From the NCBI GenBank assembly GCA_001179505.1, contig CDMY01000394.1:24465-88464 (forward strand): DNA of 64,000 nt, written 5' to 3'. The translations under genes were made by a program, and so were the position numbers. Position 1 is the stretch's first letter. Each line of letters starts with the position of its first letter. The notes under the pieces were generated by a model, which had not been told where the DNA came from, searched no databases, and saw nothing but the letters and a program-made list of their open reading frames with translations. This document shows, piece after piece, positions 24,850-37,236 of this stretch. This stretch comes from Vitrella brassicaformis CCMP3155 (taxonomy: Eukaryota > Protista > Chromerida).

Positions 24850-25457
24850 GTAGGGAGGGGTGACAAACATGACAGGTCGATTTATCCGTAGCTAGTGGGG
24901 TTTCTCTACAGTAGGTTTCTATGGGCAAGGGGCCGATGCGTGTCCGTCTGTGTCAATATATACTCTGGTCACACCAGGGAGGGGGCTCACTCATTCTGCG
25001 AGCGGCATTTTCTCGTTTCGTACATCCACACACACGTGCATGCCATGTGGGATATGTCTGTGTTTGTGTGTGTGCGGGGGGGGTGGGGGAGGCGGGGGGT
25101 CTCGCGATGCGAAGCATCCCTTCAATGCGGTGCAGCATGGATCATGTACTAGTCTTGACACTGCCTGTTGCTGAGTGGTCGCACCGATGAGACAATGTCA
25201 TGACTCGTGATGTGAATGCACAGACAGACATACAGACAGACAGACAGGCAGAGAGCGCCCGTCAACCCGCTCCTTACCGACATTTTCGGCTGGATGCACG
25301 TGTGACCACTTGCAGCACTGCATGGCTATGCCGTCTGCGTGGATGGATGGATGGATGGATGGAGAAACTTCCAGGCCGCGTAAGGGTGGCATACAAAACC
25401 GATCATCTGATCTTCCCCGCAACCCCCAAAGGAACTTTGAATCATGATTTGATTGTC

Positions 25458-28287
25458 ATGAGCTCCTCTCCACATCTAACGGCCCGTCAGCTGGCCCTTC
25501 AGGCCCGCGCCAGCGTGGCCCTCCATCGCACCGGCTCACCCCTCAGCACATCATCACAGCCGCACCTCCGGCGCAGCAGCACCCAGGAGACTGATGACAG
25601 CACATCCGGCCGCAGAAGAGGCGCCCCGGAGCGGGAATACCTCACCAGAGCCATGCGGGTCAGTCCCTTACACACGTGCCCTTCAATATATCTGCCCTAC
25701 ATGTTGTCTGCAGAAGGAGCGCATGTCGTTCTTCCAGGACGCCGGGTGCAAGCGAGACATTGAGTTGGTGGGTCTGGAGACGCTGGAGGCTAAAGTCAAG
25801 GAGGAGCCGGAGTCTAGCAGCCAAGATGATGATGAATCCGAGGACGACGAAGATGATGAGGAATCGGAGGAGGAGGAGGAGGAGGAGGAGGAGGACAACG
25901 ATGAGGAGAAGAGCGATAATAATGGGGCTGACGGTGGTGGAAACAACCAGAAGGGCGGGAAGGGGGATGGGGATGGGAAGGGAGAGAAGGAGCTGCCCCT
26001 GGTCATGAGGCTGCGGGACAGAGGGAGGCGCGGGGGAGTGGACAAGGGAGACAAGGACAAGGACAAGGACAAACGTCAACCGCAACCACCAGAGAGAGAC
26101 ACACCCATGACTCGGAGGAGAAGCCTCAGCCCCAAGAAGACATTCAAGCAGCCGCAGCCGCCCCGTCTGGAGCTCCGGTTCGGCTTCGTCAGCGAGGGCC
26201 GCCACCTCAAGGCCAAGGGCAGATCACCACACAGGAAAAAGAAGGCGACCCCACGGCTGACCAACGCCGCACCGGTGGTGGCCAACCTGTCACAGGCTCA
26301 GCAGCCGTGGAGGACCGAGTCGGGCCGGTTTGCGTCGATGCAGGGCATCGATGCGGGTGTGGGTGCGCCGCGGCCGCCGGTGGCGTGGCTGCCCACCCTG
26401 ACGCTGCCTATCGAAAACAAGAGGGACCCAAAGCCCCCGGTGTCTATTGTATGGTCACATGAGGGAGGGAGGGAGGGAGGAAGGAAGGGATGCGCCTTGT
26501 GTCTCTGTGTGCAGGTTGGTGATCGTACTGTCAACCCGATTCCACCCCAGTATGCGCCGGTGCCTTTCAAGCAGCAGCAGCCGTCGCCTGAGAGGCCGCG
26601 GATCCCCTCTCCATCATTCTTGCAGCAGGAATCGCACCAGCACCAGCAGCAGCAGCAGCACCAGCAAAGGCACTCGCCGCAGCAGCAGCGCAGGAAGGAC
26701 AGGGAAAGAGAGAGGAGAGATGAGGGCTCAGAGGGGGAGAGGAGGGAGAGGGAGCCGCAGTCCAAGGTGCACAAGGGATCGCCTGGCGGCCGTCGGCCTT
26801 CGTCGCCCTTCCGCCGCGCCATGATGGCCGAGACCAACCTGCCTAGAGTCACAGGCGCAGATATTGAGGACAAAATCAAACAATACGAGGTCACTTTTCC
26901 CTGTTCCATCCATCCATCCATCCATGTGTGGCTGGCTGTTCAGGTGGAGCGCATCTTCAGTGAGGTGCCGGACGACTGGGGTCTGCTGGCTTTGGTGCTG
27001 GGGTTCTGTAAGTTGGGCGTGATAGGGGGGCCGGGTGGTGGGGGCACGATGAAGCAGCAGAAGGCCGAGCAGCAGGTGACCGAGTGGATTGAGGAGAGAA
27101 GGCGGCAGGGCATGGAGGACACCGCCAGAGACAGATTCCTTAACGTATGTGTGGTGTGCATGCGTGTGTGGGACGACATGGCCATGGCCTTAAGGGACCT
27201 CTCGCTCCATGTGATGTGTGTTGGTTGCCTTGCCGTGTGTCGGTCGGTCGGTCTGTCAGGCGATGGAGAGTGCCGCTTTGAGGGAGTTCCAGAGCGCCTA
27301 TCTCGAACTCAGGTGAGACAGAGAGACGGACAGGGATAATGCAAAGCAGAGGCGTCTTCGTGCATCTTGGATCGTGTCTCTGGCTGGGCTGCTTGCAGGA
27401 ATTTCGATGACGAGGTAGCGTAGCGGCATTTGTCTGAGAGATGAAGAGGCGCCACAATCTCACGCTCTCCCCGTCATCCGTCTGTATGCTGTCCTGTCGT
27501 ATCTGTCATGCGTGTCATATATTCTTGATGGCTGCAGTTTTTCCGTGTGGTTCGTCAGTGTGCGGATCAGTTTGTGTCTCGCAACGAGGAGTACACCAAC
27601 CCCCTATGGTCGCACTACTATCGCACCAACCCCAACATTATGTACGCCAGAAAGGAGGTACGCACCACATCCACACCCTCCCCAGCCCTCCCACACCCAC
27701 ACCACACCACACCACACCCACACACGCGCACACGCACAGCTGGACAAGTGTGTGTCTCTGTCTGTGTGTAGGATACATTGCGTCGTGAGCGTGAGTGGCT
27801 GGAGGGAGGGTGGATGGACCTGGAGGAGAAGGTGGCCCTGTACGACAACCAAAACGGGGTGGCGCAGACACGCGGCGGCCAGCGGGAGGACAGATACAGA
27901 TTCCCCTCACTCCTCACACCGTACACACACACACACACACACACACATACACACAAACAAACGAGGCCGGCCGGCGACACATATCTGCGTCTGTGCAGGC
28001 GAGAGCAGCGGGATCGCGCCATCGACAGCAAGATCAGACACATGGCGGAGATACAGGTAGGTACACATGCGCGGAGAACAACGTTCACACGTCCCCCCAC
28101 CCCACACACCATGCCATGCACCACCCAACATTTGTGTGTGCAGAGTCGTTTGAAGTACCAGTTGGAGAGTCAGTTTGCCTATATGGAGCAGCTGTTGAAG
28201 AGCGGGAGCGTGCCGTTCATCGAGTTTGACGACACACACATGGAGCAGATGCTCCTCGACACAGACGTAGATGTTGAGATGAGTTGA
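25458..28287 (+). CDS. Hypothetical protein with acidic, basic and Gln-rich low-complexity tracts (multi-exon)
   Basis: Long exon with DDDESEDDEDDEESEEEEEEEEE, a QQQQ tract and RERERR, then short spliced exons ending SRLKYQLESQFAYMEQLL..DVEMS*. No family recognised. Confidence 0.7.
25867..25893 (+). repeat. (GAG)9 coding repeat (poly-Glu)
   Basis: Read directly. Confidence 0.95.
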
Positions 28288-28613
28288 CGAATGGGCGAGT
28301 GGGGGGGCTGATTCGGGGGTATGGGTGGGCGACAGAAGTGCGTGTGCCATGTGTGTATGGAGCGATGCGCACACCCCGTTGAGCGATGAGAGATTAGCTT
28401 GGTCGGTCACTCTCGCGTCTGTCTGTTGCTCTACACAATCACTAACTGCAGTCACGCACAAAACGGCAAAAGCGATCCAGATCAAATACGGCGCACAAAG
28501 ACAAGATTGAGATCCGTTCTCTCTATACACACGCACGCAAGTCCGCCGCCTGTCTGTCTGCTCTACCACATACATACAGAGATCACGCACCGCACAGACA
28601 CCAATCCATTCAC

Positions 28614-30354
28614 TCAGCCCACCGCAGCGCCCGCAGTTCTCTCCCCGTCTTGCATGTCTCCAGCCCGGCCACCCCTGTCACTCTCTTGGCCGCTCTGACC
28701 ATCTTTCCCCCTTTCCGATGCCGGTCGGTCTTTCTTCTCGTCGTCATAGTAGTGCGACGGGAACTCGCCGTCAAGTGGGGCCGCTGGCCGGTCGTCAGAA
28801 TCGCCACTCTCTGGCAATCGCCCCCGCAGCCTTTTGCCATACCTCTTGTCCCCGCCTAGCAGCCCCGGCTGCCACCCCTGCTTGGTGGGGTCGTCGGCAT
28901 AGAGCATGGCAGTCTCCTCAGGGCAGGCGTCGGGGACGATGAGCTCCTCGCCCGGCTCGAGCGTGACGAAGGCCTCAGGCTCCACTTGATGCTTCTCGAG
29001 GGCAATCTGCAGGTCCCTCCGCGCCTGGCCGAATTCCTCAGCGGCGAGAGGGAAGCAGTCGAAGTGAATGGCCACACTTTGACGCGATCCCAGGTCCAGA
29101 TGAGCCTGCACACATGACATGACATACAGCACACGAAGAGATGTGCCCATCCATCTATCTGTAGGTCTGCACTGCGCTATGCTATGCTGACCCGTACGGC
29201 TTCTTCCGGGTTCATGTGGAGTGTCTTCATGAACCATCGTGGCTCGTAGCTGCCGATGGGCAACAGAGCCAAGTCCACTCCGTCGTCTCCCCACTCCTCC
29301 AGGAGCGCCCGCGCTTCTTTGAAGTGCGGACCGTAGGCCGTGTCGCCGGCAAAGTAGATCGTGTGCGACGGCGTGCGCACCAGGAAGGACCCCCACAACG
29401 TCCAATTCGCATCCAACAGATACCTGCATCGCATCCATCGATCCATCATCAACACGGCTGGCTGCTTCTGCGCACATACATCCACTGACTGCCTCGGTTT
29501 GCTTGCTTACCTTCCGGACCAGTGCTGTGCAGGAAGGAATGTGACGTCGATGGAGTCGAAGCGGATGGTGTCGTACCACTTCATTGTCTGCACGTCGCGA
29601 ATGCGATCCATATCCTTGCCGAACAGCATCGGCAGGAAATACCATATCGGATTGAGGTGGTGCGTCATCCCTGCAGCCACACAGACCCTGAGTGCGTGTG
29701 CGTGAGTGGGTCTGCATGTGTGTGTGATTGGCGTACCTGTGCCCGTGTATACGACGGATCTGTCCCTCATGTGAAAGTTGGTGATGGTCTCGGTGTCGAA
29801 GTGGTCCCAGTGGTCGTGTGACAGCAGGATCAGGTGCACCTGTGGCATGTCGTCATACTTGACGCCTGGCTCGTGCACACGCTCAGCTGAATACCCACAA
29901 AACACACAGATGATAGATCCATCCATCCATCCGTTGGAACATCCATCCATCAGTCTGGCTATGACGGCCACCCCCTCTTCTCTGCCTCCTTACATCCCAG
30001 CACCCCTCCCGGCCCAGCATTCCTTGAGAAGTGGGGATCCGTCACGATGTTGAGCGAATGGCTCTGCAGCAGCACTGTCGAGTGCCCCACAAACGTCACT
30101 CTCAGATCTCCCGTTTCCTCGGTCAGCACAGGGGGAGGGAACTTGGTGGTGTTGACTTGACTTGGCCACGGCTTCGGTGGGAACTTGTCAGGACTCGCGA
30201 CGAACCGGAGGATGTCGAGCCACCGCGGGTGGCCGGGGCTGTGGAGGTTCTGGTTGGGCTTCAGGATGCGGTTGTACGCCTGCACGCTCGATGTCAGCAG
30301 GCGGGAGCTGGCGGAGCTCAGCCGCGATACCACGCCGTCCATGGCAGTCTGCAT
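28614..30354 (-). CDS. Metallo-beta-lactamase-fold hydrolase, NAPE-PLD/RomA-like
   Basis: RVTFVGHSTVLL, IVTDPHFS, LILLSHDHWDH (HxHxDH), FLPAQHWSGR, LWGSFLV, IYFAGDTAY, LALLPIGSYEPRWFM..HMNPEEAV, VAIHFDCF. Confidence 0.9.
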
Positions 30355-30644
30355 GATCGATCGGCGGCCAGATCGATGAGTGCTACGGGAGATATCTAGA
30401 GCAGCACAGTAGCCTTTTCAGCGGAGGCTTGCTGCGAGATCGGAAAGCCCCCACACCTCGCCCCCCGTCTCAAGTAGAGAAGAAGACGGTGTTTGAGGTT
30501 TTTCCGAGATTCTATCCTGATCCTTAGATCCCTACCAGTGCAGAAGCTGCTGACAAAAGGCTTCAGACGAGGTCCATCAGCAAGACTTCACGCAGCTCTT
30601 CTCTCCCAAGCTTCTGGGGTATGTTCTTGTTGCAGTACGGTGGG

Positions 30645-33600
30645 ATGGGCATGGACACTGCTGGCGAGTTCGGGAGTCAACTGAGGCACCAGGCAAGACA
30701 AGACAAAACCCAAGACAAATGGCACCCACCGCATTGCAATGAATGCAGCCACCCACATTGAAGATACTGATGCCATGTGTAGCACCTTGGTTGCCTTGTG
30801 TGCAGGAGCAGATGTCGAGTTTGAAGCGGCTGTACGACGAGCGAGTCCGCCACCTGCGGGAGCGCATCAAATCAACATATCACGACCTCAAAGATGACGA
30901 TACCATCAGTAAGGCAGCCGGCTACACAAGCCGTATGTATGATAGCCATGGAAGCGGCATGCTGCTCTGTGTTGCTTTCTCCGTCCGTCCGTCCGTCCGT
31001 CCGTCTGTCTGCCTGTCTGCCGCCAGATGCGCTGAAGCGTGATCCTGACAATGCCGAGTTTGTGCAGCAGGTAGAATGGACGGCAATATATTCACCGCAT
31101 CAGGCATCTCTGTCTGTATGTGTATCCGCGTGTGTGTGTGTGCAGAGGATGAAGGAGATGGTCGAGGACTCGCTCGCAAACGAGAGGGAGGCGCAGGTCG
31201 AAGGCCTCATGCAGGTACAAACACACAGACAAGAAAGAGATGGGGTTTTACCAACCGACTTGCTGTCCATTCATGCATGGCCTTCATCAATGCAATGCAG
31301 AAAGTAGCTTCTTTGGAGGCCCGGGAGCATGACGTAAGCCAAGGACCATCAACAAACACACACTGACTTGAACATTTGGCTGTCTGGGTGGCTGACCTTT
31401 TTATGACCGATCAGCTGGTTCGTGCTCTTGAGGCGAAGGAGTCCAGCTTCTCTCAGTCGCTGCAGGCCCTCAGATCGCAGCTCGCCACTGGGGGTACTCC
31501 CCAGCCACACCAGTACCCACAAAGCCCGCCCAGAGGAGCCACACTCACCAGAACACCCGTGAGTGAAGTGGAGAACACAGACCTGTCCGCGCGACTGTGG
31601 TACCTACCTGTTCATCATTGTGTGCTGTGCGTCCATTAGGGTGGTACAGTGAGTCCCGGTGCTCGACCCGCCCCACCGGCAGAGCAGTTCCAGGAGCTCG
31701 TGACTGAGTTGCAGTCACTGCAGCAAGTCTGCGCTGCTCAGGTTCTCAGGCGCCACCGCGGCCATGCCATGCACAACAATCACGGCATCTGTCCTGTCGC
31801 CTTGCTGTGTGTCAGCGTGCGGATCTCGAGAACCTTCAGAGCGAGTGTGAAGACTACAAGAGAAGGTGAATGAGGATGACCTACCTGCAAATACGTGGGT
31901 CCTGATGCGATGCGTGTCCTGTCTCGGCCCCTCAGGTATGAGATGAAGGTCCGCGAGCGTGGCGCCACCCAGGATGAGATGCTCGCATCCGCTCAACGAG
32001 AACAGGAGCTGCAGACCAACGTATGTACGTGCACACAAATGTATGTATCCCTGAAGCCATCCATTAGAGACACATCCTCTTCTCATCACCAATCAGATTC
32101 GCGACAAGACTCGGGAGCTGGGTGAGTGTCAGCAGCGACTGCGGCACGTGCAGGGCGCCCTCGAGCAGTCGGAGAAGGACAGGCTGGAAATCAGACAGAA
32201 ATACGTCGAGGTCGGGGAGAAATTCGAGAGGTAAGTCACTCATCCAATCCACACCTAAGGCGGGGCGCCTCACCGTCCAAGCGGGTGGGTTTATGTGTGC
32301 AGGTTCATCCAGCAGGAGGAGCGTGAGAACAGCGAGACCGTGCAGCTGCTCGTCAAGAAAGTCAAGGCCGCTAAGGTATTTACCTACCATACACACACAC
32401 ACACAAAGCCACAGGTGGATGTGTGGAATGTGGATGGCTGCGTTTGTGCAGACTCGGCTTGCCCAATACAAGAAGGACAGGATCAAGTCCATGGTCAGTC
32501 AGGTGCATGGCATGAATGGATGAGTGAAGTTGAACCACCTGCATGGTATGCTGACGGCCTACGGCTATCGTGTCCCATGCAGACGGAGATCAGCACGCTC
32601 AAGAACCAGTTGATCGTCAGTGAACAGGAGCGGGAGAATCTACTCATACAAATCAAGGTGGGTCGGGTCAGTCAGACACACCGATGCACCGATGATGCAC
32701 AGATTTCTCGCCTTTGCTCTGTGTCGGCATCAGAGCAAGATCGAGCTCGAGCGCCGCGTTCATGTGTTGGAGGCCGATAACCAGGCCAAGGCTCGCGAGC
32801 AGGAGCATCTGATGAAGCAGCTGGCGCTCGCCGAGGCGCGCAAGGACCAAATCCCGCTCGAAAAACACCAATCCATCCTGCAGGCAAGACATATATATGA
32901 GCAGCTTCCAGAGACAGAGGCGTGGATGTCATGTCTGTGTATGTGCGGTATATATTGTCTTCGCGACTGTAACAGGACCGCTTGACGACTCTCGACTCTC
33001 AGCATCAGTCTGCGGTTCGCATGCTCCAGGACCGATTCGACCTCCAAGTCAAGGAGAAGGTACGTTGTGAGCGTGTAACTGCTGAAAGCACACATGGGCA
33101 CACACATCCATGGACGTGACGGTGTGTGCCCCGATGGATGCCAGATCCGTGAGGCTGAGGAGCGGAAGCAGTCTGAGTTCTCGGCCACGCTGAGCCAGAT
33201 TCGCCGTGGTGTGCAGGCGCTTGAGGCGGCACGCGACGAGGAAATACGACAGCGCAAGACGGCGCAGGAGGAGGCCGATCGGTGCATAAGCATCCGTGTC
33301 ATGTCATCCACACACATCATGTGCATGGTTGCATGGTGTGGTGTCTATCTGTTTGTGCATGGGCTGGGCAGCATGCGTGCCGCCATTACGAAGCTCGAGG
33401 GACAGAACCTCGAGAACATCAGGCAAAGGAAGGTACGTAGGTGGGCAAAGAACTAAAGCACAGAGAGACCCAACGACCAGCGGTGCACATCACATGGACG
33501 CCCACATGCTGTCAGGCGCTGGCGTCCAATCTTGAGGAGGCCTCGGCCAACCTGACCAAAGTCCGCAACATCCTGCAGGACGAGAGGGCCAGGAGGGAGG

Positions 33601-36600
33601 TAATATCTTGAATGAATATGCCTCTACATGCAGCACAGCGGCAGACGCCTGTTTGTCTGTCCTTTGGTTCAGCAATGTGAGGAGCGACTGAAGCGTGCCG
33701 ACATGGAGTGCACGTCCTCGAGCTTCCAAATACAACACGTAGAGGAGACCGCAAAGTCAGCCACACGAACACTCACACTCAATCCATTCGCGCGTCATCA
33801 TGCCTACCTTTCAATGATGTCGATGTCGTTGGTTCAGGCGTCGCGAGGGCGATCTCGAGCGCCTTCGCGGGGACTACGATGCGCTCCGCACTGACCACCA
33901 GCGGTTGCAGGGCGAGACGTCCAGACTCGTCCGCGAGCTCCACGTCAAGGAGGCCGCTGAGGTCCGGGTCGCTGCACTCGAGACAGAGGTAAGTACTTAC
34001 TGGCGAGACGAGACACAACGGGAGAAGGCGGTCCGTACACCTCTGCTGTTTGTTCTTTCTGTGTGCAGCTTGAGCAGTACAAGCATCAGGCCAACACGAT
34101 CCGAAGGTGAGCAAGCAGGCTGCTTCATTCCGTCCGTTAGTGTGGTTTATCCGTCTCCATCCATAGCCTTCGCCGCGTCGTGGCTCAGATGTCGCGCCTC
34201 ACACAAGGTAGGTCAGCGCGGAAGACACAGACCGAAACAACGGCGAAAACCCCGCTGTCTTTCTGTCAATCTCTTTCGCAGTGCTAAGCCACGAGTTGCG
34301 TAAGGAGCTGGTGCAGCTCAAGTCGACAGCCATGCAGCAGATCAGCGGACTCGAGACATTCTGCGACGCTGCCATCAACAGACTCATCGCATGGTGAGTC
34401 AGTCAGTCAGCCCACCACACGCTCAGCCCGTGAATGCGATGCGTACATAAAGACGCACACACTCTTTTGCATTGCACGCCCTTCCTTCTCTGCAGTCACC
34501 GTGAGCGCGTCTCGCTTCAAAGCGTAGGCAGACAAGAGAACAATTCCTGCACACAGATTCCTGTGTCTGGATGGGATGCCCCTCTCTGTATGTCTCTGTG
34601 TGTGCAGGCTGAGCATCGTCTCGAGGCGGACACCCTGTCGCGCAACAACCAGCAGCTGGAGCAGCAGCTGGCCGAGTCACAGTAAGGGCCAGGCACTGCC
34701 AACGCCTTTACGTATGCGGTCATTGTCCATCCTTGCTTCCTACAGGTCTCGTGAGAAGGAGCTGACGCAGCAGTGCGCTCTTGACCGCGAGGACGCCGAC
34801 AACACCCGGCTGCACCTCGACAGAGTCCTCACGGCCGTCTCACAATACATACCCGTGTCGGAGAACATCAAAGAGGTACCTCACTCACAGCACTCACTGG
34901 TTTGCCACAATCGACGCTGAACCGTGGCTGTGCGGACCTCGCAAATCAATCAGGGGATGGTGTCGCCTCGTCGCTGTTCCCATCCTGAGTCGATCCTGCC
35001 ATTCAAGGTGAGTCATTGATTCATCTATCCACTCACCGCCCTGACATCAATCTCTGGGGGGTATTCGTGCTGGTGTGGCGTCCTTGACTGACAGGAGGAG
35101 GTAGCTCGGTGTGTCAGTGAGATGCGGGAGAAGGTCCAGACACAGTAAGACACAACCCATAAGGACGAGAGATTAAGTGGTCAGTGCCTTTGCCGTCTTC
35201 TCATGTCTGTATGTCTCAGCTACGAGGAGATAGTGGCGCAGAAGGAATCGTATGCGACACATTAACACACAAACAGTGTAATGTGAGTTGGAATGCTCCT
35301 GTGCATGTATGTATTTCATTCATTCAGTGAGCGTGCCAGGCTCGACGAGTCTCTGAAAGAGGAACAGCTGCAGGTAAGTAGCACACGAGCATCCACCATG
35401 CAGTCAATGCACGTCGGCCGCCCGTCTACCATCAGATTGCCAACCAGGAGGGCGCCATCCAGCAGCTCCAGCAGCAGACACAGGTCACATAGACCGACAC
35501 ACCCAGTAGGAGGCCTTCTCTCCCACAATGTGTGTGTATGTGCGGTGTGTGTTCAGGCGCTTGAGAGTCGCATCGAAGAGTTGAATGAGGTGGAGCAGAA
35601 GGCCAGTCGGCTGCAGGAGAGGCTCGAGGAGACCGAGAACGAGCTGCGCTCCGAAAGAGACAAGATGGCCGAATCCCAAAAGACATTTGAGAGGAGATCG
35701 GTCAGTCAGTCAGCAGGGAGCAGACGGGCGAAGGGCAATCTACTCTGATGCACGTCTTGTGTCCCCCACTCCCTCACATGCAGCAAGAGGCTCAGATGTT
35801 GGCTGAGATGAACCAGGCGGACGCACAGTCAAGCATCAAGGAACAACTCAGACAGGTAACTAACCAGCCCGACCACGAACACACATACGTACGGCCGACC
35901 GTGCGCTTCTTTGTCTGCTCAGCTCAACAAGGAGCTTGGCCAGCTGCAGACACAACACCACGTGAGTCTAGGAGACACAGCGACCTCATGCACTGTCGGC
36001 TCTTGCCCACATGGGCATGCAGGAGGAGTTGGCTCGCCGCGACAAGGAGCTGAGTGACGTCATGACCCACAGACTCAACGAACAGAGACGGGACGCCGAA
36101 CAGAGAGAGCAACAGCTGCAGGCAAGATTACATATACGTGGCAAGGATACCGACAGACAGGCAGGTAGCTGGTCCCTTGTGTGCCCGTGTGTGTGTCCAC
36201 TTCAGTCTACCGTGGATCAGCTCACACACAGACTCAAGGACAGCGACCAAAACCAAAAGTGACCAACGACACACACACAGACACACACGCTCATGTGGAT
36301 GGAGTCATGTGTGTCAGGGCCACACGGAGTACCACAGACGCCTCCATCAAAGAACTCAAGGACAAACTTGCCGTGAGTTACCCACCCACCCACCCTTAAC
36401 ACGCACCGCGCCCATCTATCCATTCCATCGATCCCCTGTCTGTCTGTTGCCTCCAGGCCACGACGCGCGAGCTGGACAGCGTCAAGCGCGACAAACGTGC
36501 CCTGGAGGTGCAGCTGGAGCGTCACGCCCAGGACCGTGCCGGCGACGTCTCCATGGTCGCTCAGCTCAAGCGGCAGGTCGACGAGCTCAAGCAGACACAC

Positions 36601-37081
36601 AGAGAGGAGCTGGACCAGCTAGACCAGGCCAGACGCAAGGCCGTCAAGGAGCGGGAGGACGAGATGAAGAAGGTCCACGAGGCCAAGAGACACCAGCTGC
36701 GGACAGGGGCCGCCACAGATGAAGGGCGGGGCGGCTCACTCGTTCCCAGTGAGGGCTCGGCCGCAGGGTAACCTCACACACATGTCCGTCTCTCCAGGCA
36801 TCACCCCGTGTGCCTTTCCTCTGATTTCTTTCAGTGGGCGGCAGGGCAGTGCCGCCATGGCCCGTGTTGATGCGGCCATCGAGCGCAGCAGTCTGCGACG
36901 GGCCGATTCGAAAGGCTCGGCGCTCTCGGCGGTGCAGAATGTGCTGCAGCTAGCACGGCAAGCCACGTTGAAGGCTGAAGAGGCCAGGCCTTCAGGCAGG
37001 CCGCCCCTGTCTCGCCCGACGTCGCCTCTGCCGCCTGCTAGGGGGGAGAGGGCTCCGATGAGTCCGCAGAGCGCTATGTAG
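30645..37081 (+). CDS. Long coiled-coil protein, about 30-35 short exons
   Basis: Continuous E/Q/R/L heptad-like exons (LKRLYDERVRHLRERIK, RMKEMVEDSLANEREAQVE, KIELERRVHVLEADNQ, LESRIEELNEVEQKASRLQERLEE) with phase-consistent splice sites, three of them GC-AG. Stop TAG at 37079-37081. Confidence 0.8.
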
Positions 37082-37236
37082 CGAAGAATATGGGTGGCTG
37101 GGTGTCTCTGTCTGGTTGCTGGGGCGGGGTGTGTGTGTGTGTGTGTGTGTATGATGCGAGTGGACGACCAAAGAACAGAACACACACACGTCGATCGATG
37201 GTTTTCCCGTTGATGTCTACAGCAAACTTCGATCAT

